Shown here: piece after piece, positions 1-9,251 of the stretch | Position numbering within the stretch: position 1 is the first letter of the stretch | Layout: each line of letters opens with the position of its first letter | From: Escherichia phage vB_EcoM-RPN242 | Sequence record: OL656110.1 | DNA length: 64,000 bases | Strand: one strand, 5' to 3' | Translations under genes and position numbers: made by a program | The notes under the pieces: generated by a model | The model's input: the letters and a program-made list of their open reading frames with translations, nothing else | Told to the model about the DNA's origin: nothing | Databases searched by the model: none

Positions 1-2757
1 ATGAAAATGCGCAAGTCCGAGCACTTTATCCGCTCGTCGTCTTCCATTCAGGGGCAGGCGTTCAACGTGAAGATGAACGATAAGATGTTTGAGACTCTGT
101 TCTCATCATTGTATCGTTACAAAGAGGCTGCAGCCCTGCGCGAAACCGTCTGTAACGCCATCGACTCCCATGGCATGCGTGATCGTATGCACCGTATGAT
201 AGCATCCCACTACGCGCCTCTCACTCCGCCTCCTGCCCGCCATAGCAAATACCTTGCACCGAAGGGTAAGCAGGTTGTTGTGCATCTACCTGATGACTTT
301 GAACCATGGCTGGAAATCCGTGATTACGGCATCGGTCTGCCACTCGAGAAGATCATTGGCGAGCCTATCCCAGCGCAGGAAGATGAGGTGCTGCTGGAAG
401 GCAACATGGTGGTCAAGGAAGACGAGATCCCTGACTCAGCTGAGGTCATCGGTGTGCCTGCGTTCTATAATGGTGGTCTAGTGTTCCGTCGCGAAGATGG
501 TGAAATCATTCGTACGCCTGGGTTGTATACCACTCTCTTCCACAGTACGAAGGAAGAAGATGATGATCAGATTGGGGCATTCGGTCTTGGCTCCAAATCA
601 CCATTTGCGGTATCGGATTCGTTCACAGTGGAAAGCCGCATGGACGGTAAACTCCATCGCTTCCTGATGTACCTGAATGCCAAGCGCATCCCGACTGTTG
701 ATCTGATCACCAAAGATCTTGAAACCCGTGATCCTAAGCCGGAAGACACCGATGAGTTCAACGGCATGACGGTGAAGATCCCGGTGAAGAACGCTCGCTT
801 CTCCGCATTCTCTGATGAGCTGGTTCGCCTTGGTCGCGTTATGCGCCCTGAACAACGTCCAATTGTTGAGAACGCTTCATACCGCTTCAGCTGGGAAGAT
901 ATCAGTTATGATTTCAAGGTCAACAACACGTACATCCAACCGAAAGGCCAGGGGAACACCCATTACGCTGTAATGGGTGGTGTGTCGTACCCGATTGACC
1001 TGGACCAGCTGGACCCGGACACTGCTTCCATCATGAGCAAGTTTCCATCGTCCTATACGTTCTTCGAACTTGGCTCGCTGAACGTACCACCGTCGCGTGA
1101 AGACCTGTCGTATGACGAATTCACGCGTGAGACGCTCTCTGAGGAGTTTAAGGGCACCGCCAATGCAATCTTGACAGAAAAGATGCGTGACCTGGAGCTG
1201 GCGTGTAAGCGCGGTCCTCTTGCCCTGTATATGGAGAAGGTAAAACTGAGTGAAATGTTCGGCAGTGGGTTCCGCAAGATGGTTGAAAAGGAATACCCGG
1301 CTGACAAGCGCTTTCATGATTCATATTACCGTTACCCGCTGCCTGTTGAGATTGATCGCGATTATGACCATACCGCGCCGTTCAATGAGCTGTCATCGCC
1401 GTTCTCTATGGAGATCTTCTATGACTGGGGTGAGTCCAGTACCCTGACCATTTCAGAAATCCAGAAGTGGATTGATCGCGGCCAGCATGTTACTGTGGTG
1501 ATCGAAGATAGTGTTCGTGCTCGTAACCTGAAGATCAAGCAGCTGAAAGATACAGGGACGATAGTCATCGTGGCCAAGCCGAACACATCCTATGTCACCA
1601 AGCGCAACCAATCTAAGGACAACCCTGCGTTCAAGAATTCTCAGGCTCTCTATGATTTCTTTGAAACTTGGATTGGTAAAGAAGAAACGACGGTTGATTA
1701 TCTGTGCTTCGCTGACAAGTTCGTCGATTGGCTGAGTGCGGTGCTGGAGCCTGCTGAAGTTAAGTTCATGAACGAACTGACGTATGTCACGCCCCCGGTC
1801 ACCAAAGACCCTGGCCTGTTTCCGTTCACGCGCAGCAACTTCGACATATACCAGTCTGAAGAACTGACGGGCGACCAGATCTCAGATATCATCAACAAGG
1901 GCGAGCGCATCGTCTATATTGAGGTGTCTGGTTATGAGTGTATCCATCAGGTGATGGACAGAACGTTGACGACTGCGGCGGCGCGGGGTATTCGTAAATC
2001 TCTGTATGAGCACGCAGTCAGTGTCGACGATGAAGGCAAGCCAGTGTACATCAGCGATATGTTGAACGTTCACAACCGAATCTTCTTGGCTCGTCGTAAA
2101 TCCGTGCCAATGATGAAGAAGTTCCCAGAGGTCTTCATACCGATCGATGAAATCCTGAAGATCATGTTGGAAAACGTGAAACCTATGATGGAGCGCGATA
2201 GCGCCAGGCGCATACTGGAATCATACCGCCGCATGCGCCTTGGGGCGGATCGATTAAAATACGGGAGCCATCTGGTTCATCAGGCGTTTGGTGATGTTGA
2301 AGACGATCGTTATGGCAAATTGGTCAGCCGTTACAACAAGTTAATGAAAGTCGTGGACGATATCTTGGATGAGCAGACTGTACGTCATTACCAAAGCCTG
2401 GCGAAAGCCCCGGTTTCAATCAATGACAAGCGTCGCTTTAGCCATTTCCAGGACACAATACATTCTCTTAACGTGAATTTGTACGCCAACGAGCGTGACG
2501 AAAAGATCTTCCGTTCAGAACATCAGATGCTACAGATCTTTGAATGCGCTTCGGATGTGTTGCGGTCTCATGGATTTACACCGTTTGATATATCGAGGAC
2601 TCCGTCATTGAAAGCAAGGCGGGAAAACCGATTGACCATCGAGCGTCATCGTGTTGTCCGGTTCTTGAAAGAGAATTACAAACCAAGCGCCCTGAACCCG
2701 ATTGAAAATTCTTCGGATTACTTGGACGTTATTTCAAATTCCATTATCAGGGCATAA
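1..2757 (+). CDS. rIIA: rIIA protein (GHKL/HATPase-like ATPase fold); 5' end may lie at or beyond window start
   Basis: 918-aa ORF from ATG at position 1; GHKL motifs RETVCNAIDS (N box), IRDYGIGLP (G1), GAFGLGSKS (G2); followed directly by an rIIB-like gene as in T4-like genomes. Confidence 0.75.
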   Translation: MKMRKSEHFIRSSSSIQGQAFNVKMNDKMFETLFSSLYRYKEAAALRETVCNAIDSHGMRDRMHRMIASHYAPLTPPPARHSKYLAPKGKQVVVHLPDDFEPWLEIRDYGIGLPLEKIIGEPIPAQEDEVLLEGNMVVKEDEIPDSAEVIGVPAFYNGGLVFRREDGEIIRTPGLYTTLFHSTKEEDDDQIGAFGLGSKSPFAVSDSFTVESRMDGKLHRFLMYLNAKRIPTVDLITKDLETRDPKPEDTDEFNGMTVKIPVKNARFSAFSDELVRLGRVMRPEQRPIVENASYRFSWEDISYDFKVNNTYIQPKGQGNTHYAVMGGVSYPIDLDQLDPDTASIMSKFPSSYTFFELGSLNVPPSREDLSYDEFTRETLSEEFKGTANAILTEKMRDLELACKRGPLALYMEKVKLSEMFGSGFRKMVEKEYPADKRFHDSYYRYPLPVEIDRDYDHTAPFNELSSPFSMEIFYDWGESSTLTISEIQKWIDRGQHVTVVIEDSVRARNLKIKQLKDTGTIVIVAKPNTSYVTKRNQSKDNPAFKNSQALYDFFETWIGKEETTVDYLCFADKFVDWLSAVLEPAEVKFMNELTYVTPPVTKDPGLFPFTRSNFDIYQSEELTGDQISDIINKGERIVYIEVSGYECIHQVMDRTLTTAAARGIRKSLYEHAVSVDDEGKPVYISDMLNVHNRIFLARRKSVPMMKKFPEVFIPIDEILKIMLENVKPMMERDSARRILESYRRMRLGADRLKYGSHLVHQAFGDVEDDRYGKLVSRYNKLMKVVDDILDEQTVRHYQSLAKAPVSINDKRRFSHFQDTIHSLNVNLYANERDEKIFRSEHQMLQIFECASDVLRSHGFTPFDISRTPSLKARRENRLTIERHRVVRFLKENYKPSALNPIENSSDYLDVISNSIIRA

Positions 2758-2788
2758 TAGTCCTGTTAACCAACGTGGGAACTACAAG

Positions 2789-4351
2789 ATGAACAAGATT
2801 GACGAAAAGATCCTGAAGTATTTGAAGGAAGGCAAAAGCCAGAGCGCAATTGCTACTCTGTTGGGCATACCCCGCTCGACTGTACAACGTGTTGCAGACA
2901 CGGAACTCGGTGTCAACCCGTTATCGCTGAAATCTCTTACCACTGAAGAGATTCAGCAGATTCAGATGAAGAGCAAGGCTGGTGAAAGCAACCGTGCCCT
3001 GGCTGAGTTCTTTGCTGTAAGCGCCAAGACCATTGCTCGCGCTCTGTTGGTCCGGATTACCGAGGAGAAAAACAAGGTAACTGTGATCTCTCCTATCAAG
3101 CCGGAAGAGCAGGAAGTATTCGAGGTCCAACCGGGCGGCACGGCCAAAGACAAAGATGGCACAGAATGGTATGTTGGGGCATATCTGCCGAACCACAACA
3201 AGTATCTGTGTCTCACTAACGACGGCAATTTCAAAGGGGCTTTCTTTGAAAAGTCTGAATTGACTCCTGTGGAAGGCGATAGTCGCGATTTCGATGTTGA
3301 AGATATCGGCAAGATGGCAGAAATTTCTGTGGCGCTGTCAGAAGGTGCGGACAAAGTCCCGAGCAACGTTGAAATCAGCGTTGTGGTTGACGGGGAAACC
3401 TATCCTATCCGTGGATCCTTGGATGCCCGTCGCCGTGTTGGTTACTTTGATGGCATCCTCGGTCGCACCCTGCGCCTGGCTCTGTCTTCTGTAGAATTCG
3501 CCGTCGCTGTCAAAGACGTTGAAGAAGTGGCTGATGATAAGAAGACCAAGCAGGACTTCGGCGCGAAAGACCTGGACGTGTTCCTGAACGAACACCAGAT
3601 CCTGATTCTTCCTGACAGCGTTGTTATCGCGATTGACGGCAAGCCGGAAACGATCACCACTTCACACCCGGCCTATGACCGCATCGTACAGGCGATCAAA
3701 GACAAAGACGTGAAACTGGCATACTCGCTGATGCGCCCTCGTGAAGCCATCGCGAAGTACGCTGCTGGTCTAGTAGACGTGTCTGACAACCGTGTCCGCT
3801 GGTCTGGCCATGACATCACAGGCACATCCATCGCCAAGCGTGTACTGGCGCTGATGCTGAAGGGTGACTTCCACAACCTGGACCGCATGGCGAAGTTTAT
3901 GGACAAAATGTTCCAGAACCCGTCAGCTTCTCTGGTTCAGTCTGGGCGCATCTATGAGTTCATGGCGTACTCTGACATCGAAATTGACGACGATGGTGAC
4001 ATCATCCTCTACAAATCAGTGCGCGGCAACTACATGGACAAGCACAGCAACACGATCAGCAACGCCCCAGGCACTATCGTGCGGATGGCTCGCTCATTCG
4101 TGAACGACAACAACTCTGAACTGTGTTCATACGGTTTGCACGTTTGCTCCCTGGCCTATCTGAAACAGTGCTTCGGTTCTGTTGGCCAGCGTGTCGTTCG
4201 CTGTAAGCTGAACCCGCGTGACATCGTGTCGGTCACCGATGATTTTGGTTCAAGCAAAATCCGCTGCTGTGAATACCTGGTGTTGGATGACTACACTGCT
4301 GAGTACAATCGCCAGCACAAGTCTATTGACGTGACAGGTCTGTACAAGTAA
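2789..4351 (+). CDS. rIIB: rIIB protein
   Basis: ATG at 2789 (track ORF begins at in-frame TTG 2702); C-terminal block ...GLHVCS...NPRDIVSV... matches my recollection of the T4 rIIB C-terminus; follows rIIA. Confidence 0.75.
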   Translation: MNKIDEKILKYLKEGKSQSAIATLLGIPRSTVQRVADTELGVNPLSLKSLTTEEIQQIQMKSKAGESNRALAEFFAVSAKTIARALLVRITEEKNKVTVISPIKPEEQEVFEVQPGGTAKDKDGTEWYVGAYLPNHNKYLCLTNDGNFKGAFFEKSELTPVEGDSRDFDVEDIGKMAEISVALSEGADKVPSNVEISVVVDGETYPIRGSLDARRRVGYFDGILGRTLRLALSSVEFAVAVKDVEEVADDKKTKQDFGAKDLDVFLNEHQILILPDSVVIAIDGKPETITTSHPAYDRIVQAIKDKDVKLAYSLMRPREAIAKYAAGLVDVSDNRVRWSGHDITGTSIAKRVLALMLKGDFHNLDRMAKFMDKMFQNPSASLVQSGRIYEFMAYSDIEIDDDGDIILYKSVRGNYMDKHSNTISNAPGTIVRMARSFVNDNNSELCSYGLHVCSLAYLKQCFGSVGQRVVRCKLNPRDIVSVTDDFGSSKIRCCEYLVLDDYTAEYNRQHKSIDVTGLYK

Positions 4352-4368
4352 CCAAACCCCATCCACCA

Positions 4369-4389
4369 AGGAGGCTCCGGCCTCCTTTT
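4369..4389 (+). terminator. rho-independent terminator after rIIB
   Basis: stem GGAGGC/GCCTCC with TCCG loop followed by TTTT, 18 nt after the rIIB stop. Confidence 0.6.
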
Positions 4390-4576
4390 CAGTTCGAAGG
4401 CGAGACCAGAGAATACTCCCACAAGAACTTTCCTCCCCGTGAAGTTCATGACCAACAGTTCGTGAAATTGTTCTGTCGCTGTGGTGGTTGCGACTTCACA
4501 GACGAAGGATACGCGATGCACGTATACTGCTGCAATTGCTGTGGTAAATACGTAACAGTCTATAGGAGAACCAAAC

Positions 4577-5002
4577 ATGGCGAAGAAACCTGAAGTCAAG
4601 AAAGTTGAAATTAAAACCGAAGCCCCAGTCGATGACATCCAGGCGAAGGAGGAAGGTGTGTTGCCTACCTACCTACAACGCGCCATCGATAACATCCCTC
4701 CAGGGGGAGACGGAGGCGTCGTCTACGCTGGCGGGTACGGTTGGGTGTGCGAATACCAAGACGGCACGAAGGAACTCCTCCAGGAGCTTCCAGGGCTGGC
4801 TGCGACCCTCAAGCGTTATGGTCGCGACAAGTTCGGCAAGTCGTTTGAAACCGGGGCTGTGATTGAAACCAACATCACAGTCGAGACTCTGAACCTGTTG
4901 GGTGAAGATGATCTCAAGTTGTTGGCTGCGCCGCTGGGTATCACAGAAGAAGATCGCATTCAGCTGATTGCGAAGCTGATCGAAAAATTGCAGATTAAAT
5001 AA
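4577..5002 (+). CDS. hypothetical protein
   Basis: 141-aa ORF with strong SD (TAGGAG, 8-nt spacer) before ATG 4577. Confidence 0.6.
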   Translation: MAKKPEVKKVEIKTEAPVDDIQAKEEGVLPTYLQRAIDNIPPGGDGGVVYAGGYGWVCEYQDGTKELLQELPGLAATLKRYGRDKFGKSFETGAVIETNITVETLNLLGEDDLKLLAAPLGITEEDRIQLIAKLIEKLQIK

Positions 5003-5032
5003 GCCGGTGTACAACAGCTGAACTTATTCAAT

Positions 5033-5425
5033 ATGCCTATCGTTGACGAAAGCAACTTGATGGATTATGCACTGAGGCATTATATTGTAGATTCTGTCTC
5101 GTGGGATGAACTGCTGGTAGACATTCAGCGGATTTCGCTAATTAATCAATCATTGAAGAGATTTGTCCCTGGTAAGAGTCCTCGGTTAATTCTCAATCAA
5201 TTGATTACTGTCTTCAATACGTTCGAAACAGAGGCTGCTTGCCGCATGCTCGTTTTGAAGGTGGATAAGCCCCAGTTGCCACGCCTCAAGGCTGCTTTGT
5301 TGACATTAGGCGTATGGCGCGATGATTTATGTTCCGGTTCATACGAACCAGATAATGAGCTGATGATGGCTCTGAACAACGATTTGGATGAGTGGAGGAA
5401 ACCATGCCAACGATCACTGTATTAG
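5033..5425 (+). CDS. hypothetical protein
   Basis: 130-aa ORF in gene-dense plus-strand block; no clear SD. Confidence 0.5.
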   Translation: MPIVDESNLMDYALRHYIVDSVSWDELLVDIQRISLINQSLKRFVPGKSPRLILNQLITVFNTFETEAACRMLVLKVDKPQLPRLKAALLTLGVWRDDLCSGSYEPDNELMMALNNDLDEWRKPCQRSLY

Positions 5426-6213
5426 TAGCACCGGAAGTTGTTCGCAACAAACCGGAAACTGAGCGTCTTCACACTGTAACAGGTACTGCTCGTGGTTGGG
5501 AAAAGACCAGTCTTAACCAAGACCCAGACGAGATCCTGACTGAGTGTAAAGGTCTGGATGCACTGCTGACCAAGAGCAATTTGCAGGCCGATGGCGTCAC
5601 CAAAGTGGATCCAACCAAGCCCGTTGGCTTCCAGCTGTCTTATGAAATCCACGACCCAAGCGCTGTGCTGACCACTGGCCTGACCATCACCCCTGAAACT
5701 GCTAATGGTGAAGTCGGTCAGGTTGTTGAACTGAAGGCGGTCGTCGCTCCGGAGAACGCGACCTACCAGGGTGTCAACTGGTACTCTGGCGATCTGACCA
5801 AAGCTGTGCACATCGGTGGTGGTAAATTCAAGCTGCTGTCGCCGGGTTCAGTGACTGTTTACGGTGTAACCATCGAAGGTGACCACACCGACTCTACCGT
5901 CATCACAGTGGCTGGCGCTCTGTCTCTGTCTACCGATCTGGCCGCTTCTCAGGATGTAACAACAGGTGAATCCGCAACCTTCACCATCGCTGCTACAGGC
6001 GGCACTACCCCATACACACATACTTGGTACTTCTCTGATGTCCCTGGTGGTGAAGGTGAGGTGATCGATGCTGGCACTAACCCCACTGCTGCAACTGCGA
6101 GCCTGGTTATCACTGCAGTTGCTGCCGAAAACGAGGGTGAGTACTGGTGTGTTGTTGAAGACGCTGACGGCCACTCTGTGACCTCTACTCGTTGCGAAAT
6201 GGCTGCGGTCTAA
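5404..6213 (+). CDS. Ig-like domain protein (Big_2-like plus second Ig-like domain), possible capsid decoration/adhesin
   Basis: ATG 5404 preceded by GGAGGA; Big_2-like segment ATYQGVNWYSGD...SVTVYGVTIEGDHTDSTVITV and Ig-like EGEYWCVVEDADG; track ORF starts at in-frame GTG 5392. Confidence 0.6.
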   Translation: MPTITVLVAPEVVRNKPETERLHTVTGTARGWEKTSLNQDPDEILTECKGLDALLTKSNLQADGVTKVDPTKPVGFQLSYEIHDPSAVLTTGLTITPETANGEVGQVVELKAVVAPENATYQGVNWYSGDLTKAVHIGGGKFKLLSPGSVTVYGVTIEGDHTDSTVITVAGALSLSTDLAASQDVTTGESATFTIAATGGTTPYTHTWYFSDVPGGEGEVIDAGTNPTAATASLVITAVAAENEGEYWCVVEDADGHSVTSTRCEMAAV

Positions 6214-6215
6214 TC

Positions 6216-6449
6216 ATGAAAGGCTTCCAGGACTTCCTTGAAGACTCAGCAGCCCCTGGAACCACGACCGCCGATGTGGGGAAACCCGAAGGCGGTATGG
6301 TGAAAGAGCCTGTCAAGAAGCCCAAGGATCTTGAGGAAGAACAAGAGCAGACCTCCTTCCAAAAGATCTTTGGAAACATCTTCAAAGACCTCGACCTGAA
6401 GAATGCGCGAAAGTGGAACTTCAGGACAGGCAAATATGAAGAGGAATGA
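6216..6449 (+). CDS. hypothetical small acidic/lysine-rich protein
   Basis: 77 codons from ATG 6216, directly followed by a terminator; no obvious SD. Confidence 0.35.
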   Translation: MKGFQDFLEDSAAPGTTTADVGKPEGGMVKEPVKKPKDLEEEQEQTSFQKIFGNIFKDLDLKNARKWNFRTGKYEEE

Positions 6450-6477
6450 GCCATGAACGCGATGATCATGGGTTAAC

Positions 6478-6500
6478 AAAAGAGGCTCCGGCCTCTTTTT
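6478..6500 (+). terminator. rho-independent terminator
   Basis: stem AGAGGC/GCCTCT with TCCG loop plus TTTTT; core GAGGCTCCGGCCTC identical to the terminator at 4369-4389. Confidence 0.6.
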
Positions 6501-6518
6501 CATTTCCGGTATTCGGTG

Positions 6519-6524
6519 TATAAT
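6519..6524 (+). promoter_or_regulatory. candidate -10 element (TGTATAAT) downstream of terminator
   Basis: TATAAT at 6519-6524 preceded by TG; no convincing -35; ~40 nt upstream of SD/ATG 6568. Confidence 0.25.
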
Positions 6525-6567
6525 GGAACCGTTCCCCATGAGCGGAACCTATCTGAGGATACACCAA

Positions 6568-7068
6568 ATGAAATCCATGGTCAAACGTAAAGTCGAAATC
6601 TCCCTGACTGCCCATATTGAAATGGTCCAACAACTTATCCTGGATGCGTATGAAATCCAGAAAGATCGCCAATCGAGGGGAGGTGTGACGGACCCCACCT
6701 GTCCTGGAAACATACTGTACTATCGCATGCTGCGCCAGACTGGGCACACCGCCGCGCTGAAGAAGATTCTGTCCTATGATTTCCAGACAGAGAACAACCT
6801 CAACATCATGGGAGTCTTCCATAGCGTTAATGAACGCGATTCTTTCTTCCGCTCCCGAGCAGGCGCGGATGTATCATTGCCCGATGTAGACAAGAAACAG
6901 CACACGACAACCATCTCCCATTACATGGGCACGGGCATCGATAAAGCAAACATCATCGTGTTCTCTGATACATTGCATGACCCCAAGCGCCTTGCATCTG
7001 CGCATGAAATGCTGCGGGAAGGCCGCAGCGCCCTCACTAATTTGACTTTAGTAGTGTTTCTGGGCTAG
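6568..7068 (+). CDS. hypothetical protein
   Basis: ATG 6568 with SD GAGGA (8-nt spacer); upstream in-frame ATG 6523 overlaps the -10 element and lacks SD. Confidence 0.5.
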   Translation: MKSMVKRKVEISLTAHIEMVQQLILDAYEIQKDRQSRGGVTDPTCPGNILYYRMLRQTGHTAALKKILSYDFQTENNLNIMGVFHSVNERDSFFRSRAGADVSLPDVDKKQHTTTISHYMGTGIDKANIIVFSDTLHDPKRLASAHEMLREGRSALTNLTLVVFLG

Positions 7069-7076
7069 ATAGTTAC

Positions 7077-7100
7077 AGGGGAGGAAACTCCCCTATTTCC
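7077..7100 (+). terminator. candidate terminator (GAAA tetraloop hairpin)
   Basis: stem AGGGGAG/CTCCCCT with GAAA loop followed by ATTTCC, 9 nt after stop of upstream gene. Confidence 0.45.
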
Positions 7101-7117
7101 CTAACAGGAGGTGCGCA

Positions 7118-7315
7118 ATGTACAAGTTCAGAATTAACAGAGAACGTAATTCGTCCAAATTCGGTGTAATCGCTGGGGTGTGTTTGTTCCTGGCGCTCGA
7201 AAGCGTTATCGGCCTGCTTACAACACCACAAATGCAGGTGACTCGTTACCTTCTTGCCATTATATTTTCTGTTGTCGGTTTACTCTGCTCCTATTTGGGG
7301 TGTGTGAAGAAATAA
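7118..7315 (+). CDS. hypothetical small membrane protein
   Basis: 65-aa ORF with strong SD AGGAGG; two hydrophobic segments. Confidence 0.5.
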   Translation: MYKFRINRERNSSKFGVIAGVCLFLALESVIGLLTTPQMQVTRYLLAIIFSVVGLLCSYLGCVKK

Positions 7316-7357
7316 ACTGGCTACACACAGCAATACTTTGATTTGAGAAACTACATC

Positions 7358-7846
7358 ATGATGCTGTTAATGAGCGTTCCACAGAACAAGATGACCCCTG
7401 CAACAGAGGGTAAGAATCACTTCAACATCTACAGCCGGAGCCAGACGGAACTCGGGCGCTTCCTCTCGCATTTTACCCATCATCCAATGACTACCCATGA
7501 ACATGGTGTGTTTAACTCCATGGAGGGGTACTGGTATTGGCTGAAGTATAGGGATGACAACCTGCGCCTGCTCGACGGTTATGAGGCCAAGCAATATGGA
7601 CAGGGATTGGCGGCTTCCCGCGTCATTGTCCTGGACCCGTCTACCGAAGAATTCAAGCGCGATATCCTATTTGCAACTAGTATGAAACTCCAGACAATGC
7701 CTGAACGTCTGAAGATCAGATTGGCGTACAGTCGCCTACCCCTGATCCATGCATATGTTCAGAACGGGAAATACAGTTTTCAAAACTCTATGGACTATAT
7801 CATTGCCCACATTAATCGTCTCCGCATACAAGGAACTTTGAAATGA
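7358..7846 (+). CDS. NADAR-like (YbiA/DUF1768-like) domain protein, candidate ADP-ribosyl-nucleobase hydrolase
   Basis: motif series IYSRS, LGRFLSHF, FNSMEGYWYWLKY, YEAKQYGQG, SMKLQTMPERLKIRL matches my recollection of NADAR signature blocks (FYS.S / DFSNF / SEHYFQA.K); ATG 7358. Confidence 0.5.
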   Translation: MMLLMSVPQNKMTPATEGKNHFNIYSRSQTELGRFLSHFTHHPMTTHEHGVFNSMEGYWYWLKYRDDNLRLLDGYEAKQYGQGLAASRVIVLDPSTEEFKRDILFATSMKLQTMPERLKIRLAYSRLPLIHAYVQNGKYSFQNSMDYIIAHINRLRIQGTLK

Positions 7847-8424
7847 AATTTCTACACACTATCGTCGACACTTCTTATGACTGCACTGCTCATACCCCAG
7901 ACCGTTCGCCTGTGTTTGTTCTGAACAAACTAGGTGAAGAGATCTGTGAACTGTCTGATGTGTTTCATGGCATAGTATCTTCCGAGCCGTTGAATGGCGA
8001 AGTTGCTGATGTCATTATCTCTGCTATTGACCTTCTGTACGTCATGGATTATGACGACGTCCAAATGCGCGGCTCTCTGAACAAGGCCGAAATGATCGAC
8101 TCTGTCATCAACCACATGGCGACAGTGAACGATATTTCTTCTAATCTGTTGGAAGAAGACTGGTTCCGTCTGATTGATCGTGATCCTCAAAAGCATCTGA
8201 ATCTTATCCATCATTATCATGGCCGGATTATCCGATTGTGCAACCAACCTTATCGCAGTCAAGACAGATTGGATCATCTTGTCAATGACCTAATCAAGCA
8301 TGTTGCGCGCATGGGGTGTGGGGAAGGGGCGATCCGTGGATCCTCTTTGATGGCCACTCGCATTAAAGTGGAGCACGCTATTGAACACAAGGTTGAAAAG
8401 TGGCGTAGCAAATTTGGCTTATGA
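7843..8424 (+). CDS. MazG-like all-alpha NTP pyrophosphohydrolase (putative)
   Basis: LNKLGEEICELSDV resembles the MazG E-E-x-x-E metal-binding helix; ATG overlaps upstream stop (ATGA). Confidence 0.4.
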   Translation: MKFLHTIVDTSYDCTAHTPDRSPVFVLNKLGEEICELSDVFHGIVSSEPLNGEVADVIISAIDLLYVMDYDDVQMRGSLNKAEMIDSVINHMATVNDISSNLLEEDWFRLIDRDPQKHLNLIHHYHGRIIRLCNQPYRSQDRLDHLVNDLIKHVARMGCGEGAIRGSSLMATRIKVEHAIEHKVEKWRSKFGL

Positions 8425-9251
8425 AATACGAAATCATCTTAGACGCTCTCATACAGAGAGCAATACAGAGAGGTAAAATGGATGGCGTTTATCAAGAACG
8501 CCACCATATAATCCCTGTGTGCTTGGGTGGCACTAACCACTTCTCTAATCTTGTATGGTTGACACCAGAAGAACATTATGTCGTACATCACCTACTTTGG
8601 AGAACAAAACCACTCAACCCCGGTATCAGGAAGGCATGGACTGGGATGAACAACATGTCTAGGAACAACAAAGAGTTTGGGGAATTGAGGAGAAATAATT
8701 CCGCCAGAATGAAAGAAGTGATGTCATCTGATGAACAAAAGGAACGTTGTCGTAAGCAATCCAAGAAAAACTCATTGAACCCAGAAGTACAGAAGAAACG
8801 TGCGGATAGCTTGAGAGGTTACACTTGGAATGACGAATCAAGGCGCAGGTTGTCAAAATCCAGGAAAGGGATACCACACTCCGAAGCACACAAAGCCAAT
8901 CTTACCAAATCAGTCACCGAACGGATGAGGCGACCAGAAGAAAGGGAGAGGTATTCTGCTATGTGGCGCCAGAACAATCCCATGAATAACATACAACCTT
9001 GGGAACACCCGACTGTCGTAAAGACGGGTAAATCCCGACAATGGCTCTTGGCTGGTGAATTCTTTGAATGGTGGTATAGTAACGGTGAAGACAAAGTGAA
9101 GAACCGTTATTGTTTAATGTTGAAAGAAACCGGGTTAAGCTCTGTTTGTTCTAAGGCCACAGCTCAAACTTGTATATCTAAATTTCAGAAAGGTTGGATA
9201 CCAAAAGAAGATCCCGCCTGGTTGAAATTTTACGGAGATAATAATGGTTGA
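8421..9251 (+). CDS. HNH homing endonuclease with NUMOD-like motifs
   Basis: HNH core HHIIPVCLGGTNHFSNLVWLTPEEHYVVH; repeated SRKG.PHSE-type motifs; paralogous to ORF 24783-25382; sits immediately upstream of topoisomerase gene. Confidence 0.75.
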   Translation: MKYEIILDALIQRAIQRGKMDGVYQERHHIIPVCLGGTNHFSNLVWLTPEEHYVVHHLLWRTKPLNPGIRKAWTGMNNMSRNNKEFGELRRNNSARMKEVMSSDEQKERCRKQSKKNSLNPEVQKKRADSLRGYTWNDESRRRLSKSRKGIPHSEAHKANLTKSVTERMRRPEERERYSAMWRQNNPMNNIQPWEHPTVVKTGKSRQWLLAGEFFEWWYSNGEDKVKNRYCLMLKETGLSSVCSKATAQTCISKFQKGWIPKEDPAWLKFYGDNNG

